In this document: piece after piece, positions 35,340-44,857 of the stretch
Position numbering within the stretch: position 1 is the first letter of the stretch
Layout: the number at the start of each line of letters is the position of its first letter
Origin: a virus
Taxonomy: Duplodnaviria; Caudoviricetes
Direction: 5' to 3' (one strand)
DNA length: 46,623 bases
Virus record (IMG/VR): IMGVR_UViG_3300037743_000186
Location: 1 to 46,623 of that record
Translations under genes and position numbers: made by a program
The notes under the pieces: model-generated
Database searches by the model: none
Seen by the model: only the letters and a program-made list of their open reading frames with translations
What the model was told of the DNA's origin: nothing

Positions 35340-35734
35340 CAGCCGACCTCGACAGCCACGTCCGCGGCGAGGTACTTGATCCCCGCCCACTCGACAATCC
35401 GGTCCCGGCCCACCGAGGCCGCCGTCGCGAAGTCCACCACCCCGCCCAGCGTCGGGTCGCCGTCGATCGCCAGCCGCACCGACGAGGCGCCCTCGCCGGC
35501 CAGGTAGGCATCCAGCTTGACCTGGCTCCCCGGGTCCTCCGGGTGCTCCACCATCACCGTGACCGCGAACGTCAGGTCGTCGGAGTCGGTGGAGCTGTCG
35601 AAGGCGGTGGAGCGGCGGGACACCACCGCCGCCGGCGCGTTGATGTTCGCCGGCATGCCGGCGTGCGCGCGGAGCCCGACGATCGTGTCCAACCGAATCT
35701 TGATCCCCTCGCGGATCTGCTGAACGGTGGCCAT
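35339..35734 (-). CDS. Tail terminator / neck protein
   Basis: LDAYL..G..SV..AI..DPTLGG.V motif. Confidence 0.75.
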   Translation of the reverse strand: MATVQQIREGIKIRLDTIVGLRAHAGMPANINAPAAVVSRRSTAFDSSTDSDDLTFAVTVMVEHPEDPGSQVKLDAYLAGEGASSVRLAIDGDPTLGGVVDFATAASVGRDRIVEWAGIKYLAADVAVEVG

Positions 35735-36645
35735 CAGGCCATCAACACCGGGTAGCGCTGGTACGGCCTGATCAGGTCCCGGGCGAACGGGTTACGCCGC
35801 AACACCTGGACGGCCATCTCGTCGAATCCCATCTGCGCCTCGAAGGTGGACTTGGACCGGAAGATCTCGGCGGCGGTGATCAGCGCCGACTGCTTCACGC
35901 CGTAGGGCACCGCCGGCCACCCGAATACGCCAGTGATCTGCACCCGGTCGTCGCGTGCCAGCGCGCCGTACGGCAGCGGGAAGGTCCGCGCCAGCGCCTT
36001 CACCTCGGTGTACGGCCTACGCTCGGGGGCGGCCGCCGGGTTGGCCGGCAACAGCTGGTAGTCCGCAGTGGCCCATGTGGTCTCGAACGTCCCGTCGCCG
36101 CCCGCGTCGGTCTTCAGGCTGGCAACCGACACCAGGTCGTTGAAGGCACCAAGCTTCAGGCAGTAGGGGTTGCTGGGTGCGAAGGTGCGGACCTCGGCCG
36201 CGGTGGTGCGCCAGAACAGCCGCTGGCAGTAGTTCTCGATCGCGCGGCTAGCGGCGAAGCATGCCATGTGCAGCTCGAAGGGCTCGGCGGTGTCGGTGGG
36301 GTCCCTCCCCAGCCGTGACCTGAGCGATTCCACCGTGGCGTAGAGCCGGCCGAGCGTGGTGTCCAGCACGTCCCAGGTGCCGGCCTCGGCGTCCACCACC
36401 GTGCCGGTGCCGGTCCACTCGTACGACCAGGTGCCAGGCTTGGTGCACGCGATGTCCTTGGTGTACACGCCGGCGCTGGTGCGGGTGATCTCCGCCAGCG
36501 CGAAGGTGTACGTGGTCGCGGCGCCCTCGGGGTCGGTGACGGTCAGGCTGATCGTGGTCGGGTCGGTCGGGACGCCGGCGACACTGAACGTGTTGGTCAG
36601 CGTCGCCAACTCGGATGTCGACTCGAAGAAGACCAGAGCTGCCAC
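35734..36645 (-). CDS. Head-tail adaptor fused to an N-terminal Ig-like domain
   Basis: C-terminal YATVESLR..AASRAIENYC.R.F..GWPAVP..VKQ.ALI.A; N-terminal PTDPTTI.LTV..P.G..G.Y....GTW.Y.W beta-sandwich. Confidence 0.8.
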   Translation of the reverse strand: MAALVFFESTSELATLTNTFSVAGVPTDPTTISLTVTDPEGAATTYTFALAEITRTSAGVYTKDIACTKPGTWSYEWTGTGTVVDAEAGTWDVLDTTLGRLYATVESLRSRLGRDPTDTAEPFELHMACFAASRAIENYCQRLFWRTTAAEVRTFAPSNPYCLKLGAFNDLVSVASLKTDAGGDGTFETTWATADYQLLPANPAAAPERRPYTEVKALARTFPLPYGALARDDRVQITGVFGWPAVPYGVKQSALITAAEIFRSKSTFEAQMGFDEMAVQVLRRNPFARDLIRPYQRYPVLMA

Positions 36646-36646
36646 G

Positions 36647-39373
36647 TCACCCTCCCGTCACGGTCGTAGCGGATGTCCGTCGGGCCGTCACCGCCGCGGC
36701 GGATGTGCGGTGGGCGGCCACCGGCGGCCAGACCGGAACCTCGGGGGTGCCGATCACCCCGGTCAGTCCCAAGTTGAGCGCCACCAAGGCGGTGACGGCG
36801 TGGTCAGTCGCGACGGTGGGGGCGAGGGTCAGCGTGAGCGGTATGCCGGCGGTGGCCTGGTAGCCGGTGGTGGTGGTGCCGGCCAGGGTCAGGCCGAGCG
36901 GGATGTTGGTGGTGACCTGGTTGGGTGCGCCCGGCACCGGGGCGTCCACCACCGGGGCGATGGTCAGGGCCAGCGGGAGCGTGGTGGTGACCTGGTGGGT
37001 GGCCTGCACGGTGCCGGCGGTGGCCAGGGTGAGCGGCACGGCGGTGGTGACCTGGTGGTCGGCCTGTGAGGTGCCGGCCACGGTCACCGTGAGGGGGATG
37101 TTGGCGGTGACCTCGGCGGGGGCGCCCACCTCCGGCGCGTCGACCACCGGGGCCAGGGCGAGGGCCAGCGGCACGGTCGCGGTCACGGTGTGGTCGGTGG
37201 CGACGGTGCCGGCCAGCGCGACCGTCAGGTCCACTTCGGCGGTGGCCTGGTGCTGCGCGGTGGTGGTGCCGGCCAGCGCCACCCCGAGCTCGACCCCGGC
37301 GGTCACCTGGTGCTCGGCCTCGGTGGTGCCGGCCACCGCGATCGTCAGGGGGATGTTGGCGGTGACCTGGGGGGTGGCGGTGACGCCGGTGGACCAGACG
37401 ACCAGCGCGGCGGTGATCCGCTTGCCGGCGTCCCCACCGGGCAGGCTGACCGTGTCCGCCCTGACACCGGCGCCCTGGCCGTCGAGGATCAGGTAGCCGC
37501 CGACCCCGGCGTTCCCGCCGGCACCCTTGCCGGCGTAGGCGTCCAGTAGCAGATTCCCGCCGCCGACCAGCCCCGGGTTCACGTCGGTGTTCGCCCAGCC
37601 GATGCCGGCCGCGCCGCCGTCACGGATGGCCGCGGCGGCCAGCAGCAGCAGATCACCGGCCGGGATGCTGGCGGTGTCGCCGGTGGCCAGGAATGTGACG
37701 GAGCCGGTGTCGGAGTCCGCAACCGCGGCGTCGGCGAAACCGAACGCCCCACCCTGCTGGACGCGCAGCCAGATCGCGTCGGTCGGGTCGGCCGACCAGG
37801 CGGCGGTGAACAGCCCGTCGGTGACCGTCGAGGTGGGGACGAGCTCTGCGACGCCGAGGGAGCGGCGGGCCAGGTCGTTGGCCGGCAGGGTCGCCTCGGC
37901 CACCCGGTTGATCCAGGACGCGCCGCCGGCGTTGGGGGTGACCGCGAAGCCGGTGCCGCCGCCGCGGGAGAACGCGATGCAGATCAGCCGCTCACCGACC
38001 CCACAGGACAGGGTGACCGGGTTGGCCGAGACGGTACCGGAGATCAGCCCGGTATCACTGGGTGCCTGGACGGTGCCGGCGACCGCCACCGTCAGCGGGA
38101 TGTTGGCGGTGACCGCGTGGTCAGCGGCGACGGTCGGCGCGACCGTGACGGTCAGGGGGATCGAGGCCGTGACGATGGCCGGCAGGACCTCGGCGACCGA
38201 GAACTCGACCCACGAGTTGGGATTGTTGATGTCCAGGGTGAAGCTGCGGGAGCCGCCGCCGCCGGCCTTACGCAACCACAGACTCAACGCGAGCTTGTCG
38301 CCGGCGACGAACGGGCCGGCCAACGCCATGGTCTGCGTCTTCACGCCGACCGTGTTGTGCGCAGATGAGGGCGTGGAGGCCTCCTGCTCCACGTCGGCGC
38401 TGTTGTACCGATGGACTCTCCACTGGTACTGCAATGTGGACGCCGAAACCGCCGACATGGAAATGGACGTGTCGATCGCCACGCTGGCGTCCACCGTTGC
38501 GCCAACAACTCGCCAGAACTCCAGCACCTTCACGAAGCTGCCGGAACTGATGGCGCCCGAGCCGATGGTGGTCGGGGTGCCCTGGGTTTCGGACAGGTCC
38601 CGGATGATGCCGCCAGCGCCGGGCTCGTCCTGGGTGCTGCGCAGATAGTTCCGGGACAGGGCCAGGATGCTGGCGGTCGCGTAGATGAAATCGAGGTCGG
38701 TGACGGTGGTCGGGGTGCCCACCCCGACGCTGGTCTCATCGGCCCGGTTGAGGGTGAAGTCCTCGACCATGGAGTTCGCGTCCGACTGGGAGAACTCCCA
38801 CCCGGACGCCGGGTCGGCGTCCCGCCAGTTGTCCAGGTGCTCATCGAGGTTGGCCGCCTCGATCTCCGCGTCGCCGAACGTGTCGGCGGCCCAAGGCAGC
38901 TCGTTCGCCCAGAACGCCGCGGCGGCGTAGTCGCTATCTGGGCCTTCGCCGGAAACCGCGTCCTTGGTGCGGATGCTGCCGCCCGTGGGCGCCACCCAGT
39001 CCAGCTGGGTGTCTACGGCATCGTCGTGATCCCATATGTTCGTCGTAACGTTTTGCAGGCTAAACCGGGGACGTACATCCCCGGTTTCCTTGCGCGCGAC
39101 CAGTAGGTGCCAGTCGCCAAAGGTGACAACTGGCCCTTCCGTGGCCCAGGTGCTCGCGCCCTTCCAGAAGATCGTTCCGTTGCCGAGCACCCCGACGCCA
39201 CCCAGATCTACGCCGGAGATGTCGCGCAGCTTCACCAGCCATCGGTAAACAGGGTCGGCCGATGGTCGGAACAGGATCGCGATCGTGCCGTAGGTAGCCC
39301 CGTCGACGCCGCCAAGCCCGGTGGAGAACGCAATGTCGTCGGTGTTGCCGAGCCGGCGGACGACGATCGACAC
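36647..39373 (-). CDS. Large virion fibre/appendage protein with Thr/Val/Ala 20-aa repeats
   Basis: N-terminal LamG-like segment (GDWHLLVA), beta-rich middle domains, 12 copies of a ~20-aa xVTAxIPLTxxxAGT unit. Confidence 0.75.
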   Translation of the reverse strand: MSIVVRRLGNTDDIAFSTGLGGVDGATYGTIAILFRPSADPVYRWLVKLRDISGVDLGGVGVLGNGTIFWKGASTWATEGPVVTFGDWHLLVARKETGDVRPRFSLQNVTTNIWDHDDAVDTQLDWVAPTGGSIRTKDAVSGEGPDSDYAAAAFWANELPWAADTFGDAEIEAANLDEHLDNWRDADPASGWEFSQSDANSMVEDFTLNRADETSVGVGTPTTVTDLDFIYATASILALSRNYLRSTQDEPGAGGIIRDLSETQGTPTTIGSGAISSGSFVKVLEFWRVVGATVDASVAIDTSISMSAVSASTLQYQWRVHRYNSADVEQEASTPSSAHNTVGVKTQTMALAGPFVAGDKLALSLWLRKAGGGGSRSFTLDINNPNSWVEFSVAEVLPAIVTASIPLTVTVAPTVAADHAVTANIPLTVAVAGTVQAPSDTGLISGTVSANPVTLSCGVGERLICIAFSRGGGTGFAVTPNAGGASWINRVAEATLPANDLARRSLGVAELVPTSTVTDGLFTAAWSADPTDAIWLRVQQGGAFGFADAAVADSDTGSVTFLATGDTASIPAGDLLLLAAAAIRDGGAAGIGWANTDVNPGLVGGGNLLLDAYAGKGAGGNAGVGGYLILDGQGAGVRADTVSLPGGDAGKRITAALVVWSTGVTATPQVTANIPLTIAVAGTTEAEHQVTAGVELGVALAGTTTAQHQATAEVDLTVALAGTVATDHTVTATVPLALALAPVVDAPEVGAPAEVTANIPLTVTVAGTSQADHQVTTAVPLTLATAGTVQATHQVTTTLPLALTIAPVVDAPVPGAPNQVTTNIPLGLTLAGTTTTGYQATAGIPLTLTLAPTVATDHAVTALVALNLGLTGVIGTPEVPVWPPVAAHRTSAAAVTARRTSATTVTGG

Positions 39374-39382
39374 GGGTATGCC

Positions 39383-39697
39383 CTACCGGAGGGCTTCGAC
39401 CTGCGGTGAGAACTCGCGGAAGTTCTCGGCTACGGCCAGCGCCTCGGCGCCCAGGTAGATCCGCCTCAACTTCGCGTACTTGTTGTTGACCGTGCCGATC
39501 AGGTTGGCGTCCGGCGCACCGGTCGGGTCGGCCTGGTCAAACCCGAAGTTGGCGACCAGCCCGGCCACCCCCTCCGCCTGGAAGAGCGCGTCGAACTGCG
39601 CGATGTCGTCCATCACCTCGCGCAGCCGCACCGAGATTCCGCCGAGGGTCGTGTTGATCTGGTCCTTAGTGAGCAGTGCCTTGAATCCGGCGGCCAT
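39383..39697 (-). CDS. Hypothetical virion/assembly protein
   Basis: AGGAGG RBS; helical; structural operon. Confidence 0.7.
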   Translation of the reverse strand: MAAGFKALLTKDQINTTLGGISVRLREVMDDIAQFDALFQAEGVAGLVANFGFDQADPTGAPDANLIGTVNNKYAKLRRIYLGAEALAVAENFREFSPQVEALR

Positions 39698-39706
39698 GTC
39701 ATCCTC

Positions 39707-40039
39707 CTAGGAGACGGTGATCGGTGCGGCGGTGAGGTCAAGATCGCCGGCCGCATTGAACGACGTGTCGCCGGCCAGCGCGACCGCGAACCGGAACGTG
39801 CCGGCGGTCTCCGCGGTCCACACCCCCAGATGGGTCACGGCGGCCGAGCCGGCGCCGGTGAAGCTGAGCGTGGTCGTGAGCGCGGCGATGCTGGACGCGG
39901 CGGTGGTGTAGGCCGGTTGCAGCCGCTCGTTGCTGACCTGGTCGGCGGAGGTGTTTCCGTCCTGGATGGCGTACCAGGCGGCTTCCAGGTTGACGGCGGC
40001 GCCGTCGGCGGCCGCGTTCCTGATCGTCACATCACTCAT
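39707..40039 (-). CDS. Small fibre-associated structural protein
   Basis: VTHLGVW.A.T.GTF motif typical of phage fibre-base proteins. Confidence 0.7.
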   Translation of the reverse strand: MSDVTIRNAAADGAAVNLEAAWYAIQDGNTSADQVSNERLQPAYTTAASSIAALTTTLSFTGAGSAAVTHLGVWTAETAGTFRFAVALAGDTSFNAAGDLDLTAAPITVS

Positions 40040-40169
40040 CGGCGTCTTCCTCTTCCTCCTCGGTGTCCGGTTCAGGGATGGGCTGCCCGGTGGTGAGTGA
40101 CAGGTTGATCTCCGCGGTCACCTCGTGCACGCGCTCGGGCTCCGGGGTGGAGGTTGTTTCGTCAGTCAT
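40032..40169 (-). CDS. Small acidic protein
   Basis: GAGGA RBS; contains HEVTAEINLSLT resembling the fibre repeat. Confidence 0.6.
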   Translation of the reverse strand: MTDETTSTPEPERVHEVTAEINLSLTTGQPIPEPDTEEEEEDADE

Positions 40170-40319
40170 GTCCGTCCTCGTTTCTCCTCGACGTGAAGGT
40201 CTACCGGTCCGCTCCGGGGTCCGGTGGTGTAGCGAATGGACGGTGCCGCCCAGATCCGGGTCATGCATCGCCACCCGCCAGCCGGTGCAACACACCCTGC
40301 CGCACGGCGCACCAGCAGC

Positions 40320-40958
40320 TCACCCCAGAGCGCCCCGACCACCGGATCCATCCATGCCCCACTTCCGCCGGAACCGGGCCAGCCCCGCATCCCAGCCGTT
40401 GAGCCGGGCCACGTCCGTCGGGCCGGCGGTGTTGTGCAGCACCAAACCCGCGCCGCCGGTCAGACACCAGTTGCGGCGGCCGGCGGCCAGTTGCTGTTCA
40501 CACATGTCGTGGTCGTACGTGTGGAACCCGGGATAATCCTCGTCCCAGACCAGCCGCTGCGCGGTGGCCAGCAGCAGCCCGTCCAGGTAGGCACACTCGC
40601 CACCAGCGCCGAAGTCCAGCACACCCATCCGGGCGTCGACCGCCGACCCGCGGCAGACACCCTCCCACCACGGCACCACCCGGTCCACACTGCCGACCAC
40701 ACCAACCATGCCGACCTTCGGCGTGCAGTGCACCAGCAGCTCAGACCGCAGCCGCGTCGGGTCCAGGACTTGCACATCCTGGTGGACGTAGCAGCGGATC
40801 GGCTGGGTCGCCCTGGCCTGACCCCGGTTGTAGGCCACCGCGATCGACGGCGAGTTCTCCACCACCACCAGCTCATCACAGTCACCGAGCACCAGCGTCG
40901 CGGCCAGGTTCGCGGCCAGCACCTCCGGCCGATGCGACGCGACGATCCAGGAGATCAT
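40320..40958 (-). CDS. Glycosyltransferase-like protein (GT-A)
   Basis: SIAVAYNRG, YVHQDV, GMVGVVG, LDGLLLAT, FHTYDHDMC. Confidence 0.85.
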   Translation of the reverse strand: MISWIVASHRPEVLAANLAATLVLGDCDELVVVENSPSIAVAYNRGQARATQPIRCYVHQDVQVLDPTRLRSELLVHCTPKVGMVGVVGSVDRVVPWWEGVCRGSAVDARMGVLDFGAGGECAYLDGLLLATAQRLVWDEDYPGFHTYDHDMCEQQLAAGRRNWCLTGGAGLVLHNTAGPTDVARLNGWDAGLARFRRKWGMDGSGGRGALG

Positions 40959-41554
40959 CGGCTGAAGTGGTAGTCCACGGTGACCTCCGGCACGTGCACC
41001 CAACCGGCCCCGTGCGCCAGCCACCGGGAGACAACCCACCAGTCCGGCGCGTGCTGGTCACAGTCCAACGTCCCCGGCGCCGGCCACATCCCGCACCGCT
41101 GCGGCAGCCCCGCGCGGTGCATCAGCAACGAAGAATCCAGCGTCCCGTACGCCGGCGGAGCCGAGCCGATCTCGTAGCCGCGGCTGGTAAGCATCCGCGA
41201 CCACGCGAAGTCCGCCTCCGGGCTGGTCACCAGCGCATCGACCAGCCTGGCCAGGTGCTGAGGTCGGTATTCGTTGTCGTCATCCAGGTAGGCGACCAGC
41301 TCGCCGGTGGCGAGCGAGAGCCCGAGGTTGCGCGCGGCCGACCCCCAGTTCTCCGGATGGGGGTCGTGGGCATCCAGCTCGGCGTAGACCACACCCCGCC
41401 CGACCATCGCGGCCGCGAGCGCCAGGTCAGGGCCGTCGCTCACGATGACGTGCTCGACCTTCGGCCAGGTCTGCGCCCGCACCGACGCCATGCACCGCTC
41501 GAACAGCAGCGAGTGCCGCTGCCAGGTCGGCGTGATGACGCTGACCAGGGTCAT
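40955..41554 (-). CDS. Glycosyltransferase family 2
   Basis: VSVITPTW.R, EHVIVSDG, ARNLGL..ATGELVAYLDDDN. Confidence 0.92.
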   Translation of the reverse strand: MTLVSVITPTWQRHSLLFERCMASVRAQTWPKVEHVIVSDGPDLALAAAMVGRGVVYAELDAHDPHPENWGSAARNLGLSLATGELVAYLDDDNEYRPQHLARLVDALVTSPEADFAWSRMLTSRGYEIGSAPPAYGTLDSSLLMHRAGLPQRCGMWPAPGTLDCDQHAPDWWVVSRWLAHGAGWVHVPEVTVDYHFSR

Positions 41555-42585
41555 GCCGGCACCGCCACCCCGGCACGCTCGGCGGCTATCGCCACCACCC
41601 GGCCGGCCGCCGTGACACAGCCGTCCAACTTGCCCGGCAGCACCCACACCGTACGGTCGTCCTCGCGGACCAGCGTCGGCCGGGCGTCCGTCTCCTCAGC
41701 GTCGGCCAGCACCGCGCGGACCGCGAACATCGACCCGGCGTAGCGCGGCAGCCCGACACCGGCCAGAAACCGGCGGGCGTTGCCCAGCATCGCCCCGACG
41801 TGGGTATGCCAGGTGGGCACCGGACCGCGGTCCAGCAACGGGACCAGGTGGTCCGGAACCTCGGGCCTGCCGACGGCTACATGGTGGACGCTGTGGACCA
41901 CGTCGTAGAGCATGTGCAGGTCGGTGCCCGGCATCGGGTCGACGCTGATGAACTCGCCATCCATCACCACCACGCCGCAGCCAGCGTAGTGCTCGCCCAA
42001 CTCCACCAACGCCGTCTCACACACCTGGTAGCGGAGCCGGTCCCACGGCCACGGCTGACCGTAGGTGGCCATCACGATCAGGTCATGGCGGAGGTGCTCG
42101 TAGCCGACGGCTACCGGCTTGTGGAGATGGATGGTGACGCCGGCCTTCATCAGGTCGCGGTGCAACCGAGCTCGCAGGCGCCGGATGTCGATCATCGGCT
42201 CATCGACCGCCACGCACGCGGCTACGTTGTGCAGCCATGGCGGCGGGTCCACCGGCCGGCCGCCCAGCCGCTCCGCGAACGCGAGATACTCCTCCGGGCT
42301 GGTCTTCGAGCCGTCCGCCGCCACCACGTAGTAGTGCCGGCCGGTCCGGTCCAGCGCGCCGTCGAACCGGGCCTCGAACAGCTCGGCGTCGGCGCGGGCG
42401 GCCAGTGCGGTGGCCGGGTCGCGCGGGTAGTGGAAGCCGCGATGTAACCGGCCCTGGTTCGCCCGGGTGGCACCCTCCAGGATGCCGCCATGCCGCTCGA
42501 CCAGATCCACCCGGTGGCCAGCGTAGGCAAGGTCGAGCGCGATAACGCAGCCATACAGCCCAGCACCGACCACGACGGCCCTCAC
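41551..42585 (-). CDS. FAD-dependent oxidoreductase (DAO-like)
   Basis: AVVVGAGLYG..ER Rossmann motif, AT..NQ.RLH.GFHYPR, D.RPT..GK. Confidence 0.88.
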   Translation of the reverse strand: MRAVVVGAGLYGCVIALDLAYAGHRVDLVERHGGILEGATRANQGRLHRGFHYPRDPATALAARADAELFEARFDGALDRTGRHYYVVAADGSKTSPEEYLAFAERLGGRPVDPPPWLHNVAACVAVDEPMIDIRRLRARLHRDLMKAGVTIHLHKPVAVGYEHLRHDLIVMATYGQPWPWDRLRYQVCETALVELGEHYAGCGVVVMDGEFISVDPMPGTDLHMLYDVVHSVHHVAVGRPEVPDHLVPLLDRGPVPTWHTHVGAMLGNARRFLAGVGLPRYAGSMFAVRAVLADAEETDARPTLVREDDRTVWVLPGKLDGCVTAAGRVVAIAAERAGVAVPA

Positions 42586-43118
42586 GCCAGCTCCCGGTAG
42601 ATCGCCAGCGTGTCCACCAGCTCCGGCGGCGGGCCGAGCAGCCGATCCAGCGCCGCCGCCACCCCCGGGCAGGTGTCCTCGCCGTAGTCGTGGCAGGCCA
42701 GCACCCCACCGGGAGCCAGCAGCTTGACCGCCCAGGTGACATCGTGCTCCACGGTCGCCTCGGCGTGGTCGCCGTCGACGAAGATCAGCCCGAACCGGCC
42801 GACCCCCCAGGCGAGATTCGGCAGGGCGGCCTGGCTGGGCAGGCGGATGATCGTGACCTGGACCTCGACGCCGTAGGCGGCAAGGTTCTCCCGCATCGCC
42901 GCCTCCGAGCCATCGATCCAGGAGTGCGGGTCCACCGCGATGACATGGGTGCCGACCAGTGCCACCGCCACCGCCGAGTAGCCGTAGGCGCTGCCGACCT
43001 CCAGCGCCCACTTGGTGCGGATGGCCAACTGGCGGAGTGCGGCGGTCTCGTCCGCGGTGATCGAGGTGGAGATGGCGGGCCCGTCGGCGAACGCCACCGG
43101 CCGCCACTCAAGCTTCAC
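42582..43118 (-). CDS. Class I SAM O-methyltransferase (Methyltransf_24-like)
   Basis: LEVGSAYGYS, IFVDGDH, LAPGGVLACHDY. Confidence 0.9.
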   Translation of the reverse strand: MKLEWRPVAFADGPAISTSITADETAALRQLAIRTKWALEVGSAYGYSAVAVALVGTHVIAVDPHSWIDGSEAAMRENLAAYGVEVQVTIIRLPSQAALPNLAWGVGRFGLIFVDGDHAEATVEHDVTWAVKLLAPGGVLACHDYGEDTCPGVAAALDRLLGPPPELVDTLAIYRELA

Positions 43119-44506
43119 TCCACACCGCCCAGGTACTCGGCGGCCCGCCGCTCGAACAGCGCGCGGTCCGCCTCCACGTGCGACTGCCCCAGCTCATAGA
43201 CCTCGTCCATCTCGGCTGTGCCGTACAGCGGGTGGAGGTGCTCGACCCGGGAGCCCAGCGCCATCGCCCACACCCCGCGCTGCTTGGCGACGGTCACAAT
43301 CTCGTCGTCTACCCACCAGTGCCGGTACCCCTCGTGGCACACCACGTCGGGGCCGTCCCAGCTGGCGCCCCGCTCGGCCGCATACGACCGGCGGACCAGC
43401 ATATGAGTCGCATGGTGGCCGGCGGTCACCCGCGGGTTGGCCAGATCGTTGGTGCCGATCACGTGATGGCTGGCGCCGGCCACCGCCTGGGCGTGGTCGA
43501 GCCAGCCCGGCTGGAACCGCACATCATCGCCGGTGATGAACAACCACGGCTCGGCGGTCTGCCGGTAGCCGGCGTTGATCCGCTCGGCGAAGGTCGCGCA
43601 GCCCGGGTCCGTGATCACGTCGGCGCCAGCGGCCTTCCACGCAGCGATGGCCTCCGTCTCGTCCGGCCGCGCCACCGCGTACGCCCGAGCCAGCCCGGTC
43701 GAGGCGCGCAACGAGTCCACGAACCGCTCGGCGTTGGCGTACCGCAGAGCCGGCACCACCACCGCGGTCTCGGCGGTCGCCGGCGGCGCGGTAGCCCACT
43801 GCCAGTAGTCCGCCTCCTGCAACCACAACTGCTTCCAGTGGCTGGTCTTCACCCCGGTGTGGACGTACACCGGAAGGCCGAGCGACCCGGCCCGGATGCA
43901 GAACGAGATGTCCTCGCCGAACAGCCCGCCCAGCATCGGATTGGGCAGCCGGTCGTACCACACCGGTCCGCGCGCGTCGCGGATCCGCTGGAAGACCGAG
44001 CGGTGCACCAGCAGACACGCCGAGCCGGTCGCCACGCATTGCACGAGCGCGTTGACCGGATACGTGGTGCGGGCGAACGTGCTACCCACGTCACCCTGAC
44101 CGACCCAGTCGAAGATGGTCGGCCGCGGCTCGCAGCGACGGCCACCGAGCCCGTCGTCGCCGACCTCCTTCTGGGCGAAGCACAGACCGCCGACGATGGG
44201 GCGCGTCGCCGGGTCCGCCGCCTCCAGCAGGCAGTCGACTGTGTCCGGGGCGAACCCCATGTCGGTGTCGACCCACCAGAGCCACTCGGCGTCGCGCTCG
44301 GTCAGGAACCGCTCGACCGTCTGGTTCCGGGCGGCGGGCAGGCCGCCGGACGCGGTGTAGTTCATGGCCAGGAACCCACCGTTCAGCACCCGCCCGTGAC
44401 GCGCCCAGTCCCAGCCGATCAGCTCGACCAAGCTCATGTGCCAGGAGTGGGGGAGGCCGCGATCGTCATCGTAGATGTAGGCGACCGTTACGGCGCTATC
44501 GGTCAT
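43115..44506 (-). CDS. Tandem two-domain GT-A glycosyltransferase
   Basis: Domain 1 ARN..V..FL..WLWWVDTDM..GEDISFC; domain 2 VVVP..INAG..WLFITGDDV..W.VDDE..VEHLHP. Confidence 0.9.
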   Translation of the reverse strand: MTDSAVTVAYIYDDDRGLPHSWHMSLVELIGWDWARHGRVLNGGFLAMNYTASGGLPAARNQTVERFLTERDAEWLWWVDTDMGFAPDTVDCLLEAADPATRPIVGGLCFAQKEVGDDGLGGRRCEPRPTIFDWVGQGDVGSTFARTTYPVNALVQCVATGSACLLVHRSVFQRIRDARGPVWYDRLPNPMLGGLFGEDISFCIRAGSLGLPVYVHTGVKTSHWKQLWLQEADYWQWATAPPATAETAVVVPALRYANAERFVDSLRASTGLARAYAVARPDETEAIAAWKAAGADVITDPGCATFAERINAGYRQTAEPWLFITGDDVRFQPGWLDHAQAVAGASHHVIGTNDLANPRVTAGHHATHMLVRRSYAAERGASWDGPDVVCHEGYRHWWVDDEIVTVAKQRGVWAMALGSRVEHLHPLYGTAEMDEVYELGQSHVEADRALFERRAAEYLGGVE

Positions 44507-44856
44507 GCCGCGCCCTGCGCCTTGACCAACTCCTCACGAAGCCGGACCAGGCTCCATCGGCCGTCCGCCTTGACACCCAGGCCGAGCAGCTGTGCGCGCA
44601 GCGCCTCAACCTCTGCGGCTGCCTGGTCGGCCCGCGGACGGACCACCCGCAGCTCACCCGGCGCGGCGGTCGCCTGCTCCACCGGCGGGTCAACCTGCAG
44701 GTGCCGCGGCAGGGTGGTCCGGACGATCTTCGGCAGGTCGGAGAACCAGTCCGGATGCAGCCGCACGATCGGATCGTCAGCGCGCCACGCCTCGCCCTCC
44801 ACGATCTGAACGGACGGGGTGACCCAGCTGGTGAACTTGGCGTAGACCACGTGCAT
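44503..44856 (-). CDS. Post-capsid small protein
   Basis: DDPIVR.HP.WF..VEQATAAPGE.R motif plus short C-terminal helical LR..LG.K.DGRWS..RL element. Confidence 0.7.
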   Translation of the reverse strand: MHVVYAKFTSWVTPSVQIVEGEAWRADDPIVRLHPDWFSDLPKIVRTTLPRHLQVDPPVEQATAAPGELRVVRPRADQAAAEVEALRAQLLGLGVKADGRWSLVRLREELVKAQGAA

Positions 44857-44857
44857 G

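Noticed and set aside
36760-37370. 60-bp periodic repeats as CRISPR array or DGR template
   Set aside because: Degenerate, codon-structured protein repeats; no constant repeat/spacer pattern and no reverse transcriptase.
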